DNA of 46,988 bases from Brevibacterium luteolum (GCF_013004595.1 NZ_JABEMC010000013.1:1-46988); one strand, 5' to 3'. Shown: positions 18,801-28,700, counted from the first letter of the stretch. Notes: generated by a model from the sequence alone, not told the origin. Numbers and translations: made by a program.

Positions 18801-20001
18801 CCCCGATGTCGCCACCGACATTCTTAACGTGCTCGAACCCTACGCCGGCCGGCTGCCTGAGGTGCTCGCCGCCGAACTCACCGCCCGCGCCGGCGGGGGA
18901 GAGCTCACCGACCTCGTCCCGATCACCGTCAATGCCAGTGATTTCGATACCGGCCGGCTGCCGGCCCACCTCGTCATGGAGTTCACCACCCGTCACGGGG
19001 GGAAGACGAGCCAGCCGACCCGCGATCCCCGCCAGCTCACCGCCTCGGCCGCGGCACCGAAACCGGCCGAGAAGGCTGCACAGAAGACGACTTTCACAGA
19101 GCGAACCGGGATCCGCACCTGGGATTTCACCCTCGACACCCGGCCAGTGCCCACCGGAAAGGAGACCGAGGTCCACCCCGGCCTGCGCGATGATCGCGAC
19201 GCCGTTGCCATCACCGCGTTCTCAACCGCTGAAGAGGCCGCCCGCCGCACCCGGGCCGGGCTCATCCGGCTGCTCGTCATCGCCTTGAAATCGCGCATCG
19301 ACTACATCGCCGAGCACCTGTCGACGAACGAAAAGCTCGTGCTCGCCGGGCATGCGAAGACCGGATTCGGGGCAGCGACTCCACAGGCACGGCCCGACCT
19401 GCTCGGCTCGTGCGCCCGGATCGCCGCCGACCGGCTGCTCGGCTCCGATACGACCGTGCGCACCCGCGAGGAGTTCGACACCGTGTTCCGGCGGGTCGAT
19501 GCCGGGTTTATCACCGAGGCAACCCGAGCTGTCGGCCTCGTCGTCGACATCCTCACCCGTGCGACCGCTGTCGACAAGGCGATCAGTGCGGCCTCCTCGC
19601 TCACGCTTGTCCAACAGCTGGCCGATGTGCGCAGTTGGCTCATCGACCTCATGACCGCCGATGTCTTCGAGATCACCGACGCGGCAGCACTCGCCCGCTT
19701 CCCGGTGTACCTGCAGGCAGCCGAACACCGGGTGGCGAAGATGCAGGAGAGTCCCGCCCGTGACCGGCAGCTCATGGACCGCATCAGCGTGGTGGCGGGC
19801 AAGGTCGAACAGGCGCTGACCAAGGCGTTCCCGAACCTGGCGGATCTGCCGGTTCCGGTCCAGGCGGCCGGCGTGCCCGCTGACTGGGCTGCGGTGCTGT
19901 GGTCAGTTGAGGAGCTGCGCATCTCCTACTTCGCCCAGCACCTGCCGACCGCCCACCCAGTCAGCGACACCCGGATCCACAAGGCGCTCGCGGCGCTGTA
20001 G
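15871..20001 (+). CDS. hrpA: ATP-dependent RNA helicase HrpA
   Basis: GETGSGKTTQ, DEAH, SAT and QRMGRCGR motifs; 1376 aa. Confidence 0.97.
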   Translation: MSDSRPGRRRRGARSRSDRPHRPSKRQHAERAAARQAARAGLDIAITYPAELPVSEHRDEIAEAIRENQVVIIAGETGSGKTTQIPKICLELGYGITGLIGHTQPRRIAARAVASRLADELDQELGTGIGYQVRFTSQVADATRVKVMTDGILLAELQHDRQLRDYEVIIIDEAHERSLNIDFLLGSLARLLPTRPDLKVIITSATIDPESFAEHFASPDGPAPIISVSGRTYPVEVRYRPLADDTASDDDPDGPGADGDYEAGAADQTEGILTAVDELAREAPGDILVFLSGEREIRDTADALGAHLQKKGPRFAQWEVIPLFARLSSAEQQRVFAPHDRPRIVLATNVAETSLTVPGIKYVIDAGTARISRYSNRTKVQRLPIERVSQASANQRMGRCGRTSDGICIRLYSEDDFEARPEFTDPEILRTNLASVILQMISLGFAYTEADITSFPFLTPPESKAVRDGRVLLGELGATRTDETGRIRLTKIGRLLAKLPIDPRLARMVLAGAEAGCGGEVAVIVAGLSIQDPRERPAEVRAQADELHARFTDPHSDFLTLLNLWNHLADNAAALSSSKFRKLCKAEFINFVRVREWQDLVTQLRHLLGGVGVKIDRSRWRPGSGDDTNTRAGGRSRGGGRDGRKGAPSAPEGMDPHAVAIHRALLTGLLSMIGARAPEPKPRPGERRPKRRGYDYQGARGTKFQIFPGSGLFKSAPEVVVAAELVETSRLWARTVAAVEPEWIVEAAGELVTRQHSEPHWSKKGGQAMAYERISLYGVTLISDQRIGYGRIDPEAARDMFIRRALIDGEWNDRHPFLGRNAQAIDEAERLASRMRDHRLLAEDDVLFDFYDNRLPTTIISGAHFNSWWKKKRRSEPEFLDIDPEALLADDSADMSARAASDFPLTWALPDGSEAKLHYAYAPGQATDGVTVELPAAALADVDTDVFTWQVPGLRHELVTALIRSLPKAKRRYFVPAPDVATDILNVLEPYAGRLPEVLAAELTARAGGGELTDLVPITVNASDFDTGRLPAHLVMEFTTRHGGKTSQPTRDPRQLTASAAAPKPAEKAAQKTTFTERTGIRTWDFTLDTRPVPTGKETEVHPGLRDDRDAVAITAFSTAEEAARRTRAGLIRLLVIALKSRIDYIAEHLSTNEKLVLAGHAKTGFGAATPQARPDLLGSCARIAADRLLGSDTTVRTREEFDTVFRRVDAGFITEATRAVGLVVDILTRATAVDKAISAASSLTLVQQLADVRSWLIDLMTADVFEITDAAALARFPVYLQAAEHRVAKMQESPARDRQLMDRISVVAGKVEQALTKAFPNLADLPVPVQAAGVPADWAAVLWSVEELRISYFAQHLPTAHPVSDTRIHKALAAL

Positions 20002-20061
20002 GTCTGGACGGGGTCCGATCGCATCAGGCAGGATCAGACCGGCGGAATCAGACACGCGAGA

Positions 20062-20442
20062 TCAGAGGGGCGGGCCGGAGGTGTAGCCGAGCAGCACCCA
20101 GCTCAGCGGCAGCGCACCAGCACAGGCGATCGCCCCGAGCGCCCAGCCGATCCGCCACTTCCAGGTGCGGTGTTTGAACCCGCGCCACAGGCACACGATC
20201 GCGCCGATGAGACCGGCTGCGCCCAGCAGCGTCATGATGCCCAGGCCCAGGATGTTCAGCGCCGAGGTGCCCATGAGGATGACGTAGTAGGCGATCTGGC
20301 CGACCATGAGCGAGAACCGCAGTGACAGCCACACGAGCGGAAATGAGACGATTGCAGCGATGAGAAGCGGGAGTGCTTTGATGAGTCTGTCCCGACGCTC
20401 GGGGTCGCGGGCGACCTGCGAGTACTCGGAGTGCTGGTTCAT
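20062..20442 (-). CDS. Hypothetical membrane protein
   Basis: 3-4 hydrophobic helices and a GAGGA SD before ATG 20442. Confidence 0.7.
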   Translation of the reverse strand: MNQHSEYSQVARDPERRDRLIKALPLLIAAIVSFPLVWLSLRFSLMVGQIAYYVILMGTSALNILGLGIMTLLGAAGLIGAIVCLWRGFKHRTWKWRIGWALGAIACAGALPLSWVLLGYTSGPPL

Positions 20443-20566
20443 GGAGTCCTCAGCGTCATCGGGAGAGAAACAGGTCATTGGGAGAGACAAGGAGTGAGCG
20501 CCGACCGACGTGCCGGCATCATCCCCACGGTATCGGCGCCACCCTCAAGGTACTAGACTCTCTTGG

Positions 20567-22162
20567 GTGACTTCCACCGGTGACTACAGCTCGAAGACCA
20601 TCCGCGAACAGGCCGCCCGCAGGCGCACCTTCGCGGTCATCTCCCACCCTGACGCCGGTAAGTCGACCCTGACTGAGGCGCTGGCCCTGCACGCCCGGGT
20701 CATCGGGCAGGCCGGCGCCACCCACGGCAAGGCCGGCCGCCGGGCGACCGTGTCGGACTGGCAGAAGATGGAGCAGGAGCGCGGCATCTCGATCTCCTCA
20801 GCCGCCCTGCAGTTCGAGTACCGCGACGCCGTCCTCAACCTCATCGACACCCCCGGCCACGCCGACTTCTCCGAAGACACCTACCGGGTGCTCTCCTCGG
20901 TCGACTGCACGATCATGCTCGTCGACGCCGCCAAGGGCCTGGAGACACAGACGATGAAGCTCTTCGAAGTCTGTGCGCACCGCAACATCCCGATCATCAC
21001 CGTCATCAACAAGTGGGACCGGCCCGGTCTCGAACCGCTTGAGCTGATGGACGAGATCCGCGAACGCACCGGCATGCTGCCGACCCCGCTGACCTGGCCG
21101 GTCGGCGTCTCCGGTGACTTCCGCGGCGTGCTCAACCGGGAGGACGGCACCTACACGAAGTACACCCGCTCCGACGGCGGTGCCTCGATCGCCGGTGAGG
21201 AGACAATGGACGCCGAGGCCGCCGCAGCCCTCGAAGGCGAAGCCTTCACCACCGCCGTCGATGAGTCTGAGCTGCTGGAGATGGAGGAACAGAACCACGA
21301 CCAGGCCTCCTTCCTCGCAGCGAAGTCGACACCGGTGATGTTCGCTGCCGCGGTGCTCAACTTCGGTGTGCACAAGATCCTCGACACCCTCGTCGACCTC
21401 GCTCCCGCTGCCGAGGCGCGGGCGGACAAGGATGGGACGGACCGGCCGGTCGACGCGCCGTTCTCCGGCTTTGTGTTCAAGGTGCAGGCCGGCATGGACG
21501 CCAACCACCGCGACCGGCTGGCCTATATCCGCGTGTGCTCCGGCGTGTTCGAACGCGGCATGGTCGTCACCCATGCCTCGACCGGCAAGCCGTTCGCCAC
21601 AAAGTACGCCCAGCAGGTCTTCGGCCGCGACCGTGCCGTCATCGACGAAGCCTTCCCCGGTGACGTCGTCGGCCTCGTCAACGCCTCCGCCTTGCGGGTC
21701 GGCGACTCGCTGTACCTGGATCAGCCTGTCGAGTTCCCCGGCATCCCGACCTTCTCGCCAGAGCACTTCATGGTCATCCGCGCCAAGGACTCTTCGAAGT
21801 ACAAACAGTTCCGCCGCGGCATCGAACAGCTTGACCACGAAGGCGTCGTCCAAGTGCTGCGCTCCGACCTGCGCGGCGACCAAGCGCCCGTGCTCGGCGC
21901 GGTCGGCCCGATGCAGTTCGAGGTCGCCGAAGACCGCATGGTCCAGGAGTTCAACGCCCCCTGCCGGCTCGAGCCGCTGCCCTACACGATCGCCCGCCGC
22001 ACGACTGCGGAATGTGTGCCGACCCTGGCCCGGGAGCGCTCCGTCGAGGTGCTCTCGCGCTCCGACGGCGAACTGCTGGCACTGTTCTCCGACCGATGGC
22101 GGCTCCAGGGTGTCGAACGACAGCACCCCGAACTCGTCCTCGAACCCCTCGTCGTCTCCTGA
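20567..22162 (+). CDS. prfC: Peptide chain release factor 3
   Basis: RRTFAVISHPDAGKS, DTPGHADFSEDTYR and NKWD. The GTG lies 7 nt after TAGACT. Confidence 0.97.
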   Translation: MTSTGDYSSKTIREQAARRRTFAVISHPDAGKSTLTEALALHARVIGQAGATHGKAGRRATVSDWQKMEQERGISISSAALQFEYRDAVLNLIDTPGHADFSEDTYRVLSSVDCTIMLVDAAKGLETQTMKLFEVCAHRNIPIITVINKWDRPGLEPLELMDEIRERTGMLPTPLTWPVGVSGDFRGVLNREDGTYTKYTRSDGGASIAGEETMDAEAAAALEGEAFTTAVDESELLEMEEQNHDQASFLAAKSTPVMFAAAVLNFGVHKILDTLVDLAPAAEARADKDGTDRPVDAPFSGFVFKVQAGMDANHRDRLAYIRVCSGVFERGMVVTHASTGKPFATKYAQQVFGRDRAVIDEAFPGDVVGLVNASALRVGDSLYLDQPVEFPGIPTFSPEHFMVIRAKDSSKYKQFRRGIEQLDHEGVVQVLRSDLRGDQAPVLGAVGPMQFEVAEDRMVQEFNAPCRLEPLPYTIARRTTAECVPTLARERSVEVLSRSDGELLALFSDRWRLQGVERQHPELVLEPLVVS

Positions 22163-22372
22163 ACCACGACCTCGGCGCCGGCACGTCGCACACGCTGGTG
22201 AACATGTGACGATCTCGTCTCTCAGGAATAGAAGATCATGCAGCTTTGAACCGGTCCAGGAGAGGACTAAGATGGTCATCTGTGCCTTCACAAGGGCTGT
22301 CACATCATGAACCCGCTGGGCAGGCATACCTCTTCACAATACGAAGGCGATCATCAGGAAAGGTCGACAACA

Positions 22373-23458
22373 GTGACAACTCAACCGATTCGCGTCGCAA
22401 TCGCCGGACTGGGCAACTGCGCAACGTCCCTCGTCGAAGGCGTCACGTACTACGCGGACGCTTCCCCCGAGGACACCATCCCCGGTCTCATGCACGTGAA
22501 CTTCGGTGACTACCATGTCAGCGACCTCGAGTTCGTCGCCGCCTTCGACGTCGACGAGGCCAAGGTCGGCCTCGACATCGCCGAGGCGATGCGCGCCGGA
22601 CAGAACAACACCATCAAGATCTGCGACGTCGAGAACACCGGTGTGAAGGTGCAGCGCGGCCCGACGCTCGACGGTCTCGGCCGCTACTACCGCGAAACGA
22701 TCACCGAATCCGCCGCCGAACCCGTCGACGTCGCCCAGGCGCTGCGCGATGCTCAGGCCGATGTGCTCGTGTGCTACCTGCCGGTCGGCTCCCAGGAGGC
22801 CACCGAGTACTACGCCCAGGCCTCGATCGATGCCGGCGTCGCCTTCGTCAACGCCCTGCCGGTGTTCATCGCCGGCACCAAGGAATGGGACGACAAGTTC
22901 CGTGCGGCCGGGGTGCCGATCGTCGGTGACGACATCAAGAGCCAGATCGGCGCGACGATCACCCACCGCGTCATGGCCCGCCTGTTCGAAGACCGCGGCG
23001 TCGTCCTCGACCGCACCTATCAGCTCAACGTCGGCGGCAACATGGACTTCAAGAACATGCTCGAACGCGACCGGCTGGAATCGAAGAAGATCTCCAAGAC
23101 CCAGGCGGTGACCTCGAATACGTCTGCCGAGCTGACCGACAAGGATGTCCACATCGGCCCCAGCGACTACGTGCAGTGGCTCGATGACCGCAAGTGGGCC
23201 TACGTCCGCCTCGAAGGTCGCAACTTCGGCGACGCACCCGTGTCGCTGGAGTACAAGCTGGAGGTGTGGGACTCCCCGAACTCCGCAGGCGTCATCATCG
23301 ACGCGATCCGGGCCGCCAAGATCGGCCTCGACCGCGGTGTCGGCGGTGCGCTCATCTCCGCCTCGTCCTTCTTCATGAAGTCCCCACCCGAGCAGCAGAA
23401 CGACGAACTGGCCCGCCAGGCCGTCGAGGACTTCATCGCCGGGCGCATCGAGCGCTGA
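22373..23458 (+). CDS. ino1: Inositol-3-phosphate synthase
   Basis: [27 protein letters not shown] and DSPNSAG. Confidence 0.96.
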   Translation: MTTQPIRVAIAGLGNCATSLVEGVTYYADASPEDTIPGLMHVNFGDYHVSDLEFVAAFDVDEAKVGLDIAEAMRAGQNNTIKICDVENTGVKVQRGPTLDGLGRYYRETITESAAEPVDVAQALRDAQADVLVCYLPVGSQEATEYYAQASIDAGVAFVNALPVFIAGTKEWDDKFRAAGVPIVGDDIKSQIGATITHRVMARLFEDRGVVLDRTYQLNVGGNMDFKNMLERDRLESKKISKTQAVTSNTSAELTDKDVHIGPSDYVQWLDDRKWAYVRLEGRNFGDAPVSLEYKLEVWDSPNSAGVIIDAIRAAKIGLDRGVGGALISASSFFMKSPPEQQNDELARQAVEDFIAGRIER

Positions 23459-23512
23459 ACCGGGCGCATCGAACGCTGGAGCGGTCGCGCGACGCGCCGC
23501 TGACCGCCATCA

Positions 23513-23540
23513 ACGGGCCCTGCTCGACGGCAGGGCCCGT
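23513..23540 (+). terminator. Hairpin after ino1
   Basis: 11-bp perfect stem acgggccctgc/gcagggcccgt. Confidence 0.7.
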
Positions 23541-23692
23541 CGTGGCATCCGGAGACCCGTCGGCTGGAGTGCGGACCCGGCAGTGGGGAGGGCATCGTCT
23601 GCGAATGCATCCCATGGCTGTCATTCCTGTGCTGTAGTAGGCTACAAGCCGCGCGTCGAACCGTCGTTGTCTCCGAGTGAAAGATCCCCGCT

Positions 23693-25357
23693 ATGTCCAC
23701 TGCAGCAGCACATCCGGGAAAGCAGAAGTCCGATGAGGACCTCAGCTGGCTGATGAAGTCGCTGGTCCTCATCGAGAAGGCCGGCAACAAGCTCCCGCAC
23801 CCCTTCTGGCTGTTCCTCAGTCTTGCCGCCATCGTCATGCTGCTGTCCTGGTGGCTTGCCAGCGCCGGCGTCTCCGCCGTCAATCCGGCAGATGACGAGG
23901 AAGTCGCCGTCGTCAACCTGCTCTCGACCGAGAGCCTGCGCGAGATCGTCTCCGGCATCACCGAAAGCTACGTCACCTTCCCTGCGCTGGGACTCGTGCT
24001 CGTCGTGCTCTTCGGTGTGGCGGTCGCTGAGCAGTCGGGTCTGTTTCCCACCATGATGCGCGCGGCCCTGTCGAACGTCTCCCCGCGGCTGGTCACCCCG
24101 GTCGTCGCTCTCGTCGGTGCGGCCGCCTCGATCGCCTCCGACGCCTCCTACATGATCGTCATCCCGCTCGGCGGGCTGGCGTTCAAGGCCGTCGGCCGCA
24201 ACCCGGTCATCGGCTGCGCGGTCGCCTACGCCGCAGTCTCCGGTGGCTACTCCGCCGCCCCGTTCGTCAACAGTCTCGATGCGATCCTCGGCGGCATCTC
24301 GACCTCTGCCTCCCACATCATCGACGAAAACTACACCGTCACCCCGGTGGCGAACCTGTACTTCAACTTCGTCTCCATGTTCGCCGTGGCGCTGGCGATC
24401 ACGCTGGTGACCGAATTGCTGCTCAACAAGCGCGGTGAGCAGATGGAGCTCACCGAAGTGAACGGCACCAGCACCACCAGCGGAGGCAACGGCTCCGGCG
24501 CCGCCGCGACCGCCGCCTCGGCAACGGCCGGCAGCGACGACGGCACCGCCGGCCGCGACGTCCAGGACCAGGACCTCTCCGCACCGGTTACCGCGTTGGA
24601 GAAGCGCGGCATACTCATCACCCTCGTCGTCGCGATCATCGGTGTGGCCGCCTGTGTCGCGATCGCGTGGCCTGAGAACTCCTTCCTGCGCGATGCCGAC
24701 GGCGGCTTCACGATGGAATCCGGGCTGATGGCCGGCATCGCCCCGATCATCGGCATGGGCTTCTTCGTCCTCGGCATCGTCTACGGCGTCGTCACCGGCA
24801 GCATCAAGCACCCCAACGATGTCCCGGAGATGATGGTCAAGGGTGTGGCCCCTTTTGTGCAGGTCCTTGTGCTGTTCTTCGCCGCCTCCCAGTTCCTGGC
24901 GCTGTTCGCGATGTCGAACCTGGGTGTCATCCTCGCGATCCGCGGTGCCGAGTTCTTCCAGAACATCGGCGCAACCACCTTCCTCATCCTCATCGGCGGC
25001 TACCTGCTCACCGCGCTCGGCGCGATGTTCATCACCTCCGGTTCAGGCCTGTGGACGCTCATGGCCCCGGTGCTTATCCCGATGTTCATGCTGCTGGGCA
25101 TCGCCCCGGAGATCACCCAGGCCGTCTACCGCATCGGCGATTCGACGACGAACATCATCTCGCCGATGAGCCCGTACTTCGTCATGATCCTCGGGTTCAT
25201 CCAGCGCTATAAGAAGGACGCCGGCATCGGCACGCTGCTGTCGCTGACGATCCCGCTGTCCTTTGCGATGTTCATCGTGTGGGGCATCCTGTTCTTCCTC
25301 TGGTGGGCCACCGGCATCCCGATGGGTCCCGGCGCGCAGACGCACTACCAGATGTGA
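23693..25357 (+). CDS. AbgT-family transporter
   Basis: IEKAGNKLPHPFWLF and YRIGDSTTNIISP. Confidence 0.93.
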   Translation: MSTAAAHPGKQKSDEDLSWLMKSLVLIEKAGNKLPHPFWLFLSLAAIVMLLSWWLASAGVSAVNPADDEEVAVVNLLSTESLREIVSGITESYVTFPALGLVLVVLFGVAVAEQSGLFPTMMRAALSNVSPRLVTPVVALVGAAASIASDASYMIVIPLGGLAFKAVGRNPVIGCAVAYAAVSGGYSAAPFVNSLDAILGGISTSASHIIDENYTVTPVANLYFNFVSMFAVALAITLVTELLLNKRGEQMELTEVNGTSTTSGGNGSGAAATAASATAGSDDGTAGRDVQDQDLSAPVTALEKRGILITLVVAIIGVAACVAIAWPENSFLRDADGGFTMESGLMAGIAPIIGMGFFVLGIVYGVVTGSIKHPNDVPEMMVKGVAPFVQVLVLFFAASQFLALFAMSNLGVILAIRGAEFFQNIGATTFLILIGGYLLTALGAMFITSGSGLWTLMAPVLIPMFMLLGIAPEITQAVYRIGDSTTNIISPMSPYFVMILGFIQRYKKDAGIGTLLSLTIPLSFAMFIVWGILFFLWWATGIPMGPGAQTHYQM

Positions 25358-25399
25358 CCCAGCGCCCGGTCTGCGAGGCAGTCGGTACCCGGGCCGGGG

Positions 25400-25433
25400 T
25401 GCACCCGTTGCCGAGGCGTCGGTAACGGGTGCA
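25400..25433 (+). terminator. Hairpin after the AbgT gene
   Basis: 15-bp stem tgcacccgttgccga/tcggtaacgggtgca with one G-U pair. Confidence 0.7.
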
Positions 25434-25545
25434 TAACGGCTGGCCAGAGCACACTCGGCCACAGCGGCCGTACAGCTTCCTTCGGTAGACTGGCAGACAG
25501 TCGCGGACCGTGACGACAAACCAGCGATACCCGGAGGTAACACGG

Positions 25546-26349
25546 ATGTCCAACCCGCTCGTTCGACGCGGCCTTGAACAGGGAATCAAGGCTGGCCACC
25601 AGCCGGCCACCCCAAGCGCCGAAGAGCTCAACTCGATGTACATGCAGCCCTCGGCCGAGCCGCAGCGCCCGGTCGATGAGCGTGTCATGACCTATGACGA
25701 CGTCCTCATCAAGACCGGCATCTGCTTCGCCGTGCTGCTCGCCGGTGCGGTGCTCGGCTGGTTCATGCCCGTCCTCGCCCTGCCGGCGATGCTGCTAGGT
25801 CTCGTCCTCGGCCTCGTCAACGCCATCAAACGCGAGCCGAACAAGGGACTCATCCTCCTCTATGCCGGTGTCGAGGGCGTGTTCCTTGGCGGCATCTCCG
25901 GTATGTTCAACGCCGCCTACGAGGGCATCGTCGTTCAGGCTGTGCTCGCCACGCTGTGCGTCTTCGGCCTGATGTTCGCTCTCTTCCGCTTCCGCATTGT
26001 GCGCATGAGCGGCAAGATGACGAAGTTCCTCATGCTCGCCGTTGGCGGGTATGCGATCTTCGCGCTCGTGAATTTCGCTTTCGCAATGTTCACCGGTGGT
26101 GCGATGAACGCCCGCAACGTCGAGATCACCATCATGGGCATGACGATGCCGCTCGGCGTCGTCATCGGCATCGTCGCTGTCATTCTCGCTTCGCTCACCC
26201 TCGTGGCTGACTTCCAGATGATCGAAGAGGGCGTCAAGCACCGCATCCCGGAGAAGTACTCCTGGACCTGCGCGTTCTCGCTCATGGTGACCCTCATCTG
26301 GCTCTACGTTGAGATCCTGCGCCTGCTGTCGTACTTCAGGCAGAACTGA
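25546..26349 (+). CDS. Bax inhibitor-1/YccA family membrane protein
   Basis: MTYDDVLIKT, YAGVEGVFLG and TLIWLYVEILRLL, with a GGAGG SD. Confidence 0.92.
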   Translation: MSNPLVRRGLEQGIKAGHQPATPSAEELNSMYMQPSAEPQRPVDERVMTYDDVLIKTGICFAVLLAGAVLGWFMPVLALPAMLLGLVLGLVNAIKREPNKGLILLYAGVEGVFLGGISGMFNAAYEGIVVQAVLATLCVFGLMFALFRFRIVRMSGKMTKFLMLAVGGYAIFALVNFAFAMFTGGAMNARNVEITIMGMTMPLGVVIGIVAVILASLTLVADFQMIEEGVKHRIPEKYSWTCAFSLMVTLIWLYVEILRLLSYFRQN

Positions 26350-26369
26350 CCTAAGGGGCTTCCCCTGAG

Positions 26370-26717
26370 ATGAATACCCACGCAGCGGCGGACCTCCACG
26401 AGGAGGTCCGCCGCCTTCGCATCCGCATCACATCCCTGGCCGCCTCACCGCACCGCGAACACTCCCTTGATGCTCTGAGTGCCGACGGCCGCACCCGCCG
26501 CCAGCACATCCGTGCCGCGCTTGCGCAGCTGGCCGACCTCAGCCTCCGCGGGCGCCGTGCCGGTGCTGTGTCCGCCGTGCCCGATCTGGGGGACCGGGTG
26601 CTCGCCGATCAGCTCGTCGTCCTGCTGCTCGACTGCGCACCCGAATACGGCGCCAGCGCCGCCGTCACCGAACAGGTCCACGACCTCGCCGTCGATCTGC
26701 GCCGCGCGCTGGCCTGA
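26370..26717 (+). CDS. Conserved-looking hypothetical protein; its 3' end is the cassette insertion site
   Basis: 115 aa with host-like codon usage and VPDLGDRVLADQLVVLL. Confidence 0.75.
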   Translation: MNTHAAADLHEEVRRLRIRITSLAASPHREHSLDALSADGRTRRQHIRAALAQLADLSLRGRRAGAVSAVPDLGDRVLADQLVVLLLDCAPEYGASAAVTEQVHDLAVDLRRALA

Positions 26718-26718
26718 G
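26700..26718 (+). repeat. 19-bp direct repeat, left copy
   Basis: cgccgcgcgctggcctgag, which includes the TGA of the upstream gene and is identical to 28701-28719. Confidence 0.95.
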
Positions 26719-26720
26719 AG

Positions 26721-26780
26721 GTCCAGATTTCACGAAAAACGTAGAATCTGCATATCTGGGTGTGCTACTGTCCAGATATG
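26721..26780 (+). promoter_or_regulatory. Palindromic promoter region of rloA
   Basis: IR cagatt/aatctg (26724-26750) and perfect IR catatctgg/ccagatatg (26751-26780), the latter enclosing TACTGT and the ATG. Confidence 0.65.
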
Positions 26781-28097
26781 CTCTTCCTCAGCTTCACCGT
26801 ACGCAATCACGGCAGCATCCGTGACGAGGTCACTCTCGACTTCACGAAGCCTGCGCTCAGAACCCTCTCGCCGAAAAGCGGCAGCTGGGAAGATGCGACC
26901 TACACGATGGCCGGTGTCTTCGGCGGAAACGCAACCGGAAAGTCCGCGCTCCTCGACGCCGTCATCTATTTCTTCAGTGCCATTGCTGAATCAGCGACGA
27001 CCTGGCAGGCGTCGAAGCATATGCGTCGCAAGCCCTTCCGGCTTGATTCTCATTCGCGGGCCGCGTCCAGTCTGTATGAGATGCACTTCGTCTATGACGG
27101 CCGTCGCCACGTCTACGGTTTCGAAGTCGATGCCGACGGCATTCGCGCTGAGTGGCTGCGGGATGTGCCGCGAACCCGCTGGCGCACACTCCTGGATCGC
27201 CGACGCGAAGGACGCGCGCTGGCAGCTGGCGCCGGGTCGCGAGGCCAGGTGGCCGTCACCCCGCGGGAACTCGCCATCAGCCGCGCACGGCTCCTTCCCG
27301 AATCTCCCCTGCATGGCATTGCCGAAGCCCTTGTGTCGAGCTTTGATGCGGTCTCGGTGAAGGACTCCCACCGTGAAGCCCGGCTCATCGACATCGCCGA
27401 TGCGCTTGCTGACGGCGCGATCAGCTTCGCAGACCTGCTCCTGCTGCTGCAGGCAGCCGATATCGGTGTCACCAACGTCGAGATCGAGGAGGCGGATCTT
27501 CCTGAGCACGTCCGCAGGGCCGTGATGCGCTTCATGTCAGACATCCGCGGCGATGAAACTGAGGAAGCAGTCGAAGACGGAGAGCTGGATCTTGACGAGG
27601 AGAACCTGGCGCAGGTCGTGCGGCGGCTCGTGTTCAGTCACCGCGGAGCTGAGCCCGAGAGTCCGCGCTTCACCATCCACGATGAGAGCGACGGAACCAT
27701 AGCCTGGTTGGCGATCGCTGTGCCTGCGCTGGAGGTCCTGCGCCGCGGTGGGCTGCTGGTGGTCGACGAGATCGACGCCAGCCTCCACCCGCATCTCCTC
27801 GAGGTGATGCTGGGTGTCTTCGCCGACCCTGAGGTCAATGTCCACCATGCCCAGCTCATCTTCACCAGCCACGAGTCGTACATTCTCTCCTCGCTCAGCG
27901 ATCTGAGCCTCGAACCTGAGCAGGTGTGGCTGACGGATAAGACGGATGAGGGCGTGACTGAGCTGACGTGCCTGGCGGACTTCCCCAAGCACCCAGATGC
28001 GAATGTCGCGCGCCGCTACCTCACCGGCAGATACGGCGGCATCCCGCGTCTGTCTCCCAGTTCCTTCGCGGCCCTCGTGACAGCTGGAGAGTCCTGA
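26778..28097 (+). CDS. RloA/AbiLi-like ABC (AAA_21) ATPase
   Basis: GGNATGKS, ESDGT, LLVVDEIDASLHP, QLIFTSH and C-terminal YLTGRYGGIP. Confidence 0.9.
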   Translation: MLFLSFTVRNHGSIRDEVTLDFTKPALRTLSPKSGSWEDATYTMAGVFGGNATGKSALLDAVIYFFSAIAESATTWQASKHMRRKPFRLDSHSRAASSLYEMHFVYDGRRHVYGFEVDADGIRAEWLRDVPRTRWRTLLDRRREGRALAAGAGSRGQVAVTPRELAISRARLLPESPLHGIAEALVSSFDAVSVKDSHREARLIDIADALADGAISFADLLLLLQAADIGVTNVEIEEADLPEHVRRAVMRFMSDIRGDETEEAVEDGELDLDEENLAQVVRRLVFSHRGAEPESPRFTIHDESDGTIAWLAIAVPALEVLRRGGLLVVDEIDASLHPHLLEVMLGVFADPEVNVHHAQLIFTSHESYILSSLSDLSLEPEQVWLTDKTDEGVTELTCLADFPKHPDANVARRYLTGRYGGIPRLSPSSFAALVTAGES

Positions 28098-28098
28098 C

Positions 28099-28695
28099 GT
28101 GGCTCGCCACCACAAGCGTACGAAGTCGCGCCGACCCCGACGGCAGGAAGCGCGGAGGATCCTCGTCGTCACGGAGGGCAGAGCGACAGAGCCGCAGTAC
28201 GTGGAACGCCTCAACAGCCATCTGCGCAGCAGGAACGTGACGGCGTCAGTGCGAACCGTCGGCGTCGGCAAAGATCCGCTGCGGGTGGTGCAGAAGTGCA
28301 TTGAGATCCGCGAGAAGGAAGCGGCGAAGCAAAAGGGTTTCGACTCCAGCGTCTGCCTTGTCGACGTGGATGAGCACGCGAGCCTTCCGTAGGGAATCAA
28401 GCTGGCAGACGATGAAGGCATCATGATTCTGGTGTCGAATGTGAAGTTTGAGATCTGGCTCTACTGGCACGTCGAGAACAAGCGCCCCAAGCTCTCTGCC
28501 AAGCAGCTCGATGAGCTCATGGCTAAGCATGGATTGGTGCAGAAGAAGGCCCTGGCGACCAGCTTCCCTTTCGAAAACGTCGACAGTGCCTGCGAGACGG
28601 CACGTGCAGCAGACCCGGACTTGAGCTCCGGCAGAATCGGGCCGGTGTCCTCATCGGCGCTTCCGCTGCTCGTCCGTCTTCTCGCCCCCGAGTAG
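28099..28695 (+). pseudogene. rloB: RloB-family (TOPRIM-like) protein interrupted by one in-frame TAG at 28390-28392
   Basis: ILVVTEGRATEPQY and VDVD precede the stop; SNVKFEIWLYWH follows it in the same frame. Read-through gives 198 aa. Confidence 0.85.
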
Positions 28696-28700
28696 GCGCT

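Noticed and set aside
16818..19176. Long antisense ORFs (373 and 525 aa) opposite hrpA, and similar ones opposite prfC and the amidohydrolase
   Set aside because: These are shadow frames expected from high-GC codon bias, with no recognisable motifs.
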